From the sequence record NC_055828.1: a DNA stretch of 32,000 nucleotides; one strand, 5' to 3'. The notes under the pieces were generated by a model, which did no database searches, was not told where the DNA came from, and worked only from the letters and a program-made list of their open reading frames with translations. Positions 1-6,687 of the stretch are shown here, in pieces (position 1 is the stretch's first letter; each line of letters begins with the position of its first letter). This DNA comes from Bacteroides phage crAss002. The position numbers were made by a program, and so were the translations under genes.

Positions 1-2
1 TA

Positions 3-2660
3 ACTGATGATGCTAAGTTTTGTCCTGTTGGAGAACCTAGTTTAAGATTTATGTCTAAGCAAGCTCACTATTGGTCTTTCATGGTTATTGGTAAGTTAAC
101 TGAAGATGAAATCAATCTTATCATTGGTAACTATAATCTTGACCGTAGTCTTAAACCTGATATATTATGTAATATAGGTAAACAAGGCATTACTAATGAA
201 AATCATGCTGACTTCAATGATAAGTTAGTTGATTATAGTGGTAATGGCAGAGATATACAAATGTATAATCTAGCTTGGAAAGGCGGTAGTGGTGTTGCAG
301 CTAAGAAGTTTGAGACTATTAAAGATTATCTTATTGTTCCTGATGAAGGATTACAGGAATTAACTATCTATAATGAATTTAGTTATAAAGTAAAATCTAT
401 TAAACATGCAGATAGATATTGGACTGTTCAAAGTTTGAATAAGACAGATGTTTCTTATCCAATAACTATTATTGCAGATAAAGATATTATTTGGAAAAAT
501 ATTTTAAATTATACTGATGAAAACGGTGTAAAAGGTAGTATAAAAAAAGAAACAAATGTTCCTGCTAATGTTCCTACTCAAATACAAGTTCTTGGATTTA
601 ATGATTTTGATGTTCCTGATAATTATACTAAAGTAAATTGTGTTTCTCATGCTACTAGAGCAGATATTACTGAATTTACAGTAACATTTATTCCTAGTTA
701 TAAAGGAGGTATTCTATTAGACGGAATAAATGACTTCGGGCAGTTTGTAGGAGACTTGGGATTGAAGGATTATACTTTGATTATGAATAGAGCATATAAT
801 AATCTTATTAATAATCAAGTGCCTTTAATAAGTTCTAATATAGTTGAAGATCAAACTCCATTTATAGTAGAACATTGGAATACTGGTTCTAATGCTATAT
901 CATTTAGTTATGGTGCATCACGTACTACTGATATTCCACTAGATATAAATAAAAAGATAGTATATCAGTCTACTTATTCATATATGGGATATGTTATACC
1001 TAAGGGAAATGCAATCTCCACAGGGAATGGTATTACATTAGGTAAATTTGGTAATGGAGTACAATATTCTGCTATATGTCTTTGGTCTTTAATGCTCTTC
1101 CCCTATAGTATGTCAGAATTCTTGATAGAGCGTCAGTTGAAGAAGCACAAGCTGGGTACGCTGTATCCGGATATGGTGGAGTTTAGACCTGTTATCAATA
1201 GTAACGTTTTATTAGATGCTAAGCCAACATTCGTTATTCGTGGTACTAGTACTTATCTAAATGCAGGAGATTATGTTCCTGAAAATAGTCAAATATGGGT
1301 AAGTATTAAGATGAATAACATTGCCGATAGAATAACTAAGTTTACTGTTAATGGCAAAACTATTGATATTCCTAAAAATGCTTATAGTGAAGTCACATTG
1401 CAATATGGTTTCCCTTTTGTAATAGATAAGTCTCCACAGAAGATTACTATGACTATTGAACAGGATGAAAACTACGTAAAATTTGAACCTGTTATTACAA
1501 GTAATGTAGAATATGTTAGGTTAGATTTTTATTTAAATAATTATGAAAAGAGAATTAATATAGGCGATTATATACCTAAAGATGCTTATATTAGAGCCAA
1601 TTTTTATCTAAAAAATAATGTTGATGAACTTACAGTATTTACATTTAACGGAGTAAATATTGATTATAGAAGAAGTTCCGTTGATGATACGGCTTTTAAT
1701 ATTGGCTCAATATATAATTATAATTTTCCGCAAGAAGTAAACATCACTATTGACGAGTACATCAGATACGAGGATATTGTGCAGCCGTATCCAAGTTTCG
1801 TTAAGTTAGAAAACCTAGATAGAACTTATACTTATACTTGGGGAGATAAGCTAAAAGTAGGAGATACTATCAGGTATAATTCATCTGTAAACCTATTAGA
1901 AGGAGCTTATACTTTAAAGGGTCAATTAGAGTGCAACGGTGTATATGTATATGATAATAATCAATATATTACTGTTGCTAAAGAGATGATATTTGCTTGG
2001 ACAAATAGCCCTATTTGGTCAATTGATGATAATGAACCAAAGTGTATCCTATCTCCTAGACTACTACGTATTCCTAACTCTAGCTATAAGATATTAGGAT
2101 ATATTCCTGATATATCCGGTCATGGTAATCATGGAGTTATTCATAACTCGGCTTATGCAGAAGGAAGTGGAGTAAATGAAGATGGTTCATACCAATTTGA
2201 TGGCGTGGACGACTTTGTTGCTATTCCTACTTTGTCTAGTGGAGGTAAACAGGTGTTGATGAAAGTGAATTGGCATGGAGCAGATGATGAAGTTCTTTAT
2301 GACCAAAGAAACTCTAATATACAAGGTAATTATGATTTAGCTATTTCTACATATCCAGATACAATAGCTTATAATTTTAGAAATGAAGGAGGGAAAACTT
2401 TTATAGATGGAATATTAAATAGTCATATAATTACTAATAATCTAAAAAATATAACTCATAATATAAGTAGTATTAACGGTTATAACAATGATAATAATTC
2501 TACTATTTGTATAGGAAAAAGTGTATTCAATGATGCTTTCGCTCAAATGGCTCTCTACGACTTCATGCTCTTCGATAACGTCTCAACAGATGATAAGATT
2601 AAACAGCTGAATAAGTATGTAGGAATAGAAGGCAATACAGAATGGAGAAAGACGGAATAA
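3..2660 (+). CDS. Large tail/host-interaction structural protein, 5'-truncated by the window edge; two LamG-like regions flanking tandem Ig-like domains
   Basis: The ORF track starts at ATG 51, but the same frame is open to the window edge (TDDAKFCPVGEPSLRF-MSKQAHYWSF...), so the true start is probably upstream. Motifs VDYSGNGRDIQ and PDISGHGNHGVIHNSAYAEGSGVNEDGSYQFDGVDDFVAI are typical of concanavalin A/LamG-like domains. FRPVINSN and FEPVITSN repeats start 300 nt apart. Confidence 0.75.
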   Translation, partial: TDDAKFCPVGEPSLRFMSKQAHYWSFMVIGKLTEDEINLIIGNYNLDRSLKPDILCNIGKQGITNENHADFNDKLVDYSGNGRDIQMYNLAWKGGSGVAAKKFETIKDYLIVPDEGLQELTIYNEFSYKVKSIKHADRYWTVQSLNKTDVSYPITIIADKDIIWKNILNYTDENGVKGSIKKETNVPANVPTQIQVLGFNDFDVPDNYTKVNCVSHATRADITEFTVTFIPSYKGGILLDGINDFGQFVGDLGLKDYTLIMNRAYNNLINNQVPLISSNIVEDQTPFIVEHWNTGSNAISFSYGASRTTDIPLDINKKIVYQSTYSYMGYVIPKGNAISTGNGITLGKFGNGVQYSAICLWSLMLFPYSMSEFLIERQLKKHKLGTLYPDMVEFRPVINSNVLLDAKPTFVIRGTSTYLNAGDYVPENSQIWVSIKMNNIADRITKFTVNGKTIDIPKNAYSEVTLQYGFPFVIDKSPQKITMTIEQDENYVKFEPVITSNVEYVRLDFYLNNYEKRINIGDYIPKDAYIRANFYLKNNVDELTVFTFNGVNIDYRRSSVDDTAFNIGSIYNYNFPQEVNITIDEYIRYEDIVQPYPSFVKLENLDRTYTYTWGDKLKVGDTIRYNSSVNLLEGAYTLKGQLECNGVYVYDNNQYITVAKEMIFAWTNSPIWSIDDNEPKCILSPRLLRIPNSSYKILGYIPDISGHGNHGVIHNSAYAEGSGVNEDGSYQFDGVDDFVAIPTLSSGGKQVLMKVNWHGADDEVLYDQRNSNIQGNYDLAISTYPDTIAYNFRNEGGKTFIDGILNSHIITNNLKNITHNISSINGYNNDNNSTICIGKSVFNDAFAQMALYDFMLFDNVSTDDKIKQLNKYVGIEGNTEWRKTE

Positions 2661-2698
2661 TTGATTTAAATAACCCAATATTTATAAAAAATGAATAA

Positions 2699-2797
2699 AT
2701 GAAAATAATGCCTTATAAACTACTTAAAGTAGTTTATATAATACTTGCTATAATTGCAGTAGTTATGTATACATTAAGTTTAATATTTAATATTTAA
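2699..2797 (+). CDS. 32-aa single-transmembrane microprotein (MKIMPYKLLKVVYIILAIIAVVMYTLSLIFNI)
   Basis: ATG at 2699, TAA at 2795-2797, just upstream of ATG 2803. Basic N-terminus followed by one hydrophobic helix. Below the length cutoff of the supplied ORF track. Confidence 0.45.
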   Translation: MKIMPYKLLKVVYIILAIIAVVMYTLSLIFNI

Positions 2798-2802
2798 AGA
2801 TT

Positions 2803-3114
2803 ATGATTGATTACATTGTATTTCCTGTTGCTGATATAGATGAAGAGAAGTCAGCAAAGATTGACGAACTTAATTTAGTTCCTCGTAGTAATGTTAGTAA
2901 AGACAAAGTATTGATGAAGTGCCAACATTATAAAGAAGTGTTTCCTGAAAAAGTAACTAGAACAGTTACTACTGATGAAGAAGGATTGGAAATTATTAGT
3001 ATTGAATATCCTTATGAAACTTATTCTAATGAAGCACTTGCTACTTTATTGTCAAGTCCTGAATGGAATTTTAAAGAAGATGAGGTAATAGAAGATTCCC
3101 CCATAGAGGAATGA
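2803..3114 (+). CDS. Small acidic hypothetical phage protein (103 aa)
   Basis: Complete ORF, co-directional, followed within 25 nt by an intrinsic terminator. The C-terminus SPIEE* is encoded by a copy of the dispersed motif. Confidence 0.75.
   Translation: MIDYIVFPVADIDEEKSAKIDELNLVPRSNVSKDKVLMKCQHYKEVFPEKVTRTVTTDEEGLEIISIEYPYETYSNEALATLLSSPEWNFKEDEVIEDSPIEE
3097..3110 (+). repeat. Dispersed motif copy 1
   Basis: TCCCCCATAGAGGA. Confidence 0.75.
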
Positions 3115-3137
3115 CATTACTTTATTGCTTAACTCTA

Positions 3138-3170
3138 AGCCCTGCTTATAACAAGTAGGGCTTTTATTTT
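3138..3170 (+). terminator. Intrinsic terminator
   Basis: AGCCCTGCTT-ataac-AAGTAGGGCT (10-bp stem with one G.U) followed by TTTATTTT. Confidence 0.85.
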
Positions 3171-3351
3171 GTTCATTGATGTTTATGTAGCTATTAATGC
3201 TCAATATCACGACTACTGTGAACTATTCGAGAAGTGGTTCGGAAAAGGAAACTTTGACGATATGATATTCGAAAGTGCTATCAGCTTTTGGTTTGATGAT
3301 GTAGACTTCGGAGAAGATAAACTCTGGAAATACTTTAATGAATTGAAGTAA
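3169..3351 (+). CDS. Small acidic hypothetical protein (60 aa or fewer); start codon uncertain
   Basis: The frame encodes plausible protein (VYVAINAQYHDYCELFEKWFGKGNFDD...) and ends just before another terminator. The only long start is TTG at 3169, overlapping the preceding terminator's T-tract. Confidence 0.45.
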   Translation: MFIDVYVAINAQYHDYCELFEKWFGKGNFDDMIFESAISFWFDDVDFGEDKLWKYFNELK

Positions 3352-3372
3352 TACAAGTTCTGTTATATTCCT

Positions 3373-3414
3373 AAAGAGAGATTACTAAATAATAGTAGTC
3401 TCTCTTTTCTTTTT
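3373..3414 (+). terminator. Intrinsic terminator
   Basis: AAAGAGAGATTACT-aaataat-AGTAGTCTCTCTTT (14-bp stem with one wobble) followed by TCTTTTT. Confidence 0.85.
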
Positions 3415-3426
3415 AAAATAAAGTTT

Positions 3427-3434
3427 TATATTTG
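3427..3434 (+). promoter_or_regulatory. Bacteroidales-type -7 promoter element (TATATTTG)
   Basis: Matches the TAnnTTTG consensus just after a terminator and about 20 nt before ATG 3455. No clear TTTG -33 box was seen. Confidence 0.4.
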
Positions 3435-3454
3435 CGCCTGTAATATAAAACTTA

Positions 3455-3628
3455 ATGCTTATGGGAATATTTGTTAAAGTATTGTTTGTAACTATAATAG
3501 CTATTACTATTATAGTATTCGCATGGAAAGAGATTACTAATATCCTTCCTGTGAAGGTTGTGTCTTATGTAAAGATAGCAGGTGTGCTATTAAGTGTTAT
3601 TTTAGGTACTCTATTATTCTTATTGTAA
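3455..3628 (+). CDS. 57-aa small membrane protein, two predicted TM segments (MLMGIFVKVLFVTIIAITIIVFAWKEITNILPVKVVSYVKIAGVLLSVILGTLLFLL)
   Basis: In-frame ATGs at 3455 and 3461, TAA at 3626-3628, ATG of the next gene at 3630. Hydrophobic segments either side of a polar turn. Not in the supplied ORF track. Confidence 0.6.
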   Translation: MLMGIFVKVLFVTIIAITIIVFAWKEITNILPVKVVSYVKIAGVLLSVILGTLLFLL

Positions 3629-3629
3629 T

Positions 3630-3986
3630 ATGGACTTCGGGAATATACTTAATGAAATTCTACGTACTACTGCTACTAGTTTCGATTTCGCATTTGCTAT
3701 CTGTGTTAATGTACTAGCATACCTAGTAATTAAACTAGTTGACAAACTTAATGGAGATAAAGTAGTAAGTACTTGGAATAAAAGAGTGATAACTCTTGTA
3801 TGCGCTGTATTAATGGGAGTAATATACTTTTCATTAAAGTTAGGTGATGTTAAAGTAGTACTTAATTCTATTATTCTTAGTTTTATATTTTGGAGTTGGA
3901 TTCTAAAACCAATATTCGCCTTCTTCAAGATAGATTATAAGAAGTTTATAATAGAAGATGATGAACCTAATCAATATCCAAAGTAA
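3630..3986 (+). CDS. Holin-like / small multi-TM membrane protein (118 aa)
   Basis: Several hydrophobic segments (FAFAICVNVLAYLVIKLV, VITLVCAVLMGVIYF, VVLNSIILSFIFWSWIL) with a charged C-terminal tail. Position next to structural genes suits a lysis or membrane role. The specific function is inferred. Confidence 0.6.
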   Translation: MDFGNILNEILRTTATSFDFAFAICVNVLAYLVIKLVDKLNGDKVVSTWNKRVITLVCAVLMGVIYFSLKLGDVKVVLNSIILSFIFWSWILKPIFAFFKIDYKKFIIEDDEPNQYPK

Positions 3987-4008
3987 GTACTATTAGTGAG
4001 AGTAGTAA

Positions 4009-4040
4009 GTGAGAGCCGGCTAGCAATGGTCGGCTCTTAC
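4009..4040. repeat. Strong hairpin (inverted repeat)
   Basis: GTGAGAGCCGGC-tagcaatg-GTCGGCTCTTAC: 12-bp stem with two G.U pairs. No T-tract follows, so this is not a classical terminator. Confidence 0.7.
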
Positions 4041-4050
4041 AGTATACACG

Positions 4051-4066
4051 CTCCTTTATGGGGGAA
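4051..4066 (-). repeat. Dispersed motif copy 2 (inverted, not in a credible gene)
   Basis: + strand CTCCTTTATGGGGGAA; reverse complement TTCCCCCATAAAGGAG. Confidence 0.85.
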
Positions 4067-4219
4067 TAAAAACTACGTCCCACGCTCCTACGCTTTCACA
4101 GAAGCCCACCATTGCATTTTAGTGTCTAACCTTAACTTACTATTATCCGATAGACTTGCGTGTCTCTATGAGCCTTAAAATGCGTCATGTGTATAAAAAT
4201 GTTTACAATGCGAATAACT

Positions 4220-4243
4220 GTAAGCTAGATAGTAAGCTAGATA
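4220..4243. repeat. Tandem 12-bp repeat (GTAAGCTAGATA x2) in intergenic DNA
   Basis: Exact duplication at 4220-4231 and 4232-4243, about 55 bp upstream of the promoter -7 element. Confidence 0.85.
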
Positions 4244-4275
4244 ATAGTGCTGAATCAAAATTATTAATAAAAGTC

Positions 4276-4305
4276 TTGTTAATACCAATATAATAACTAT
4301 ATTTG
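4276..4305 (+). promoter_or_regulatory. Bacteroidales sigma-ABfr-type promoter for the structural gene cluster
   Basis: TTG at 4276-4278, 19-nt spacer, TATATTTG at 4298-4305, then ATG 4336 about 30 nt downstream. Fits TTTG-N19-21-TAnnTTTG. Confidence 0.6.
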
Positions 4306-4335
4306 TTATAATACTAATTCAAAAACAAAAGTAAT

Positions 4336-5028
4336 ATGGCTTCATTAAATCAAATTGTATCTGAAATAGCTCATGCTATTCATCAGCCTAATAACTTTAC
4401 TACGAGACAAACTATTCGTAGTGCAGTTATTCATACATTCAATGAACAGATAAGACAGACTTATGAGCGTCATGCTAATGTCGATAAGATATTAATGCAG
4501 AGATATAGGATAAGTCTTATTAGTGTTCCTGACGGAGATATATTTCAAAGTCTTGTAAGTACGAAGTATAAAGTTAAAAGAAGCAAGACTAGAATACCTA
4601 GACCAGTTCGTCTTGATAATAATCTTCCTTTTGTTAGTGTTCGTACTGTTGGTTATGATAATATGGCTATTCCTTTTATTAAAGAAGCAAATGCTCAATT
4701 TTATAAAGCATTGCCAGGAATGTGTACTAGTCTAAGTTATGATTATATCAATGGTTATCTATATGTTAATAGCAATGGTAATCCTTTGATTGAACCACTA
4801 GGACATATTATTATTGAATCGCCTTTTGAAATACCTACTGAAATACCTGTTGAAACAACAGAAGGAGTTGAATCTAACTTCGATAATGATGATGAGTTTA
4901 TCATTCCCGAAGATATGGTAGAACGAATCAAAGACGTAATCTATAAACGTAATCTACTTAATGTAGAGAGAGTAACTAATGAAGTCCCAGTTAAGGATGA
5001 TATAAATAAACAACAAATAGAAGTATAA
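4336..5028 (+). CDS. crAss-like phage structural protein (ring/collar region)
   Basis: Complete 230-aa ORF at the start of a tightly spaced crAss-like structural cluster. Family assignment comes from gene order and sequence flavour. Confidence 0.6.
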   Translation: MASLNQIVSEIAHAIHQPNNFTTRQTIRSAVIHTFNEQIRQTYERHANVDKILMQRYRISLISVPDGDIFQSLVSTKYKVKRSKTRIPRPVRLDNNLPFVSVRTVGYDNMAIPFIKEANAQFYKALPGMCTSLSYDYINGYLYVNSNGNPLIEPLGHIIIESPFEIPTEIPVETTEGVESNFDNDDEFIIPEDMVERIKDVIYKRNLLNVERVTNEVPVKDDINKQQIEV

Positions 5029-5030
5029 TT

Positions 5031-6002
5031 ATGGCTAGCGGTGAAAGATACGACCACAGAAATATGTATACTAGTTTTATAAAGACAGCCGAAGAGGATT
5101 ATGTTCTCGTGTCTGAAAAGATAGCTAGATACAAATCTTTATTATATAAAATCAAATATTCTATTGAACAGAATAGAAATGCTATTGAAGCTATATTTGA
5201 TGTATGTGTCTATAACTATTGGGAATGGAATACTGACGAACTAGATGTTGATAGAAAGATGGAGACAGCAATAGATGCTAAGTTCGTTAAATTCGATTCT
5301 TCTAAACAATTAAGATACGGTAATATATATCGTAACTTAAAACAATACTTTAGAGTACTTCGTAAAATAAAAGAATATGAGATAAGACAACAGAGAATTA
5401 AACATCGTAAGAACATTACTCGTCCTCAATACGAAGCCTATTGCAAGTTATTCTTTAGAGAAGTATCTAAAGAAGTTCTAAGAGGAAAAGTTTATAAGTT
5501 TGAAAAGAGACTTGGTTGTCTTATCATAGAAAGAGTTATAGTTAGAGATAGTTTTACCACTGCTGATGGAAAAGTTGTTAAGTTCAAAAAAGTAATTGAC
5601 TATTATAAAACAGAACTAAACAAAAGAAATCTTCTTGCACAAGGACTTATTCCTTATAATAAAAAAGACCATGCAGCAGCCTTACTAAGAGGTGAAAAAT
5701 ACGAAGGAGTTAAATATGTGAAATATCTTGATAATCCTTATTATTGTAAGTTACTTATGATTGATGGTACAATTAAGAATAGACCATTGTTTAAATTCTA
5801 TGGAACTAATCTTCACATGAAGCGTAGTAACGATGATATACTATCTGAATGTAAGACTGTTGAAGATATTATTAATGTCGATACTGATATTAATAATCGT
5901 CTTTCTTTAATTAATAAGTTTGACCCAAGTTACACTATAAAATATATTAGAAATAATGAACAAAGAGCTATCTTCCGTAGAAACTATTATCGCAAGACTT
6001 GA
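5031..6002 (+). CDS. crAss-like phage structural protein (323 aa)
   Basis: Complete ORF 2 nt after the previous stop; charged and helix-rich. Assigned by synteny. Confidence 0.6.
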   Translation: MASGERYDHRNMYTSFIKTAEEDYVLVSEKIARYKSLLYKIKYSIEQNRNAIEAIFDVCVYNYWEWNTDELDVDRKMETAIDAKFVKFDSSKQLRYGNIYRNLKQYFRVLRKIKEYEIRQQRIKHRKNITRPQYEAYCKLFFREVSKEVLRGKVYKFEKRLGCLIIERVIVRDSFTTADGKVVKFKKVIDYYKTELNKRNLLAQGLIPYNKKDHAAALLRGEKYEGVKYVKYLDNPYYCKLLMIDGTIKNRPLFKFYGTNLHMKRSNDDILSECKTVEDIINVDTDINNRLSLINKFDPSYTIKYIRNNEQRAIFRRNYYRKT

Positions 6003-6687
6003 TAATGATTTCAATATTATGAATAGTGATTATATACCTAGAGTGGGTGCTTGGTGTATAGATGCTATGAATGAGATGGGTATTCTTCAATATGAAGAAA
6101 AAGAAACTACTATTAATGTTGTTGATAGAGTTGCTTATTTTCCATGTTGTATGAATGCTTTTAAAGTTTATGTTGAGGGTTGCGAGATTTCCCCCTTAAA
6201 GAAAGGTGAATGTTCTTGCTCTTCCAGTACTACCGAGCATTTCGTTCAAGACAGAGAAAAAGCTAGAGAACGTGAAAGTAAGCGTACTGTCGAGATTGAC
6301 CCCGAAGGTTACGAAGGAAAGAATTACGTGTATCTTCGGGATGCTAATGCAATCCAATTAAACTTTGATGCTGATATTGTTACCGTATCCTATCTTACAG
6401 TTAAGACTGTATATAGTGATACGTTTCATTGTAATATACCCGTTATTCCTAATAACGGTAAACTTATTGAAGCACTTGAATGGTTCTGTATGTGGAAGCT
6501 ACTAAGTAGAGGAATTAAACATCAGGTCTATTCTTTACAAGGTGCTATGCCAGTTAATCCATATTTGTTATGGAGAGATTCTCGTGACAGAGCTAGAGCT
6601 TCTGTTATTAATGAAAATCAAGATGCTAACGCTTATAAAGGTTGGTCGTCATTCTTTTATAATTCAACATTTAGACCTAGAGACTAA
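5956..6687 (+). CDS. crAss-like tail tubular/ring protein (243 aa)
   Basis: SSVETIIARLDNDFNIMNSDYIPRVGAWCIDAMNEMG resembles the N-terminus I recall for crAss-like connector/ring proteins. Overlaps the previous gene by 47 nt. An alternative start is ATG 6019. Confidence 0.6.
   Translation: MNKELSSVETIIARLDNDFNIMNSDYIPRVGAWCIDAMNEMGILQYEEKETTINVVDRVAYFPCCMNAFKVYVEGCEISPLKKGECSCSSSTTEHFVQDREKARERESKRTVEIDPEGYEGKNYVYLRDANAIQLNFDADIVTVSYLTVKTVYSDTFHCNIPVIPNNGKLIEALEWFCMWKLLSRGIKHQVYSLQGAMPVNPYLLWRDSRDRARASVINENQDANAYKGWSSFFYNSTFRPRD
6189..6206 (+). repeat. Dispersed motif copy 3 (degenerate)
   Basis: TTCCCCCTTAAAGAAAGG. Confidence 0.45.

Noticed and set aside
3620-3928. 102-aa - strand ORF
   Set aside because: Antisense to the well-supported holin-like gene; all credible genes are on the + strand.
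3996-4178. 60-aa + strand ORF in the region before the structural cluster
   Set aside because: Its sequence overlaps the 4009-4040 hairpin, the inverted motif copy and the GC-richer stretch. Codon usage is atypical and the peptide has no family-like features, so non-coding or regulatory function seems more likely.
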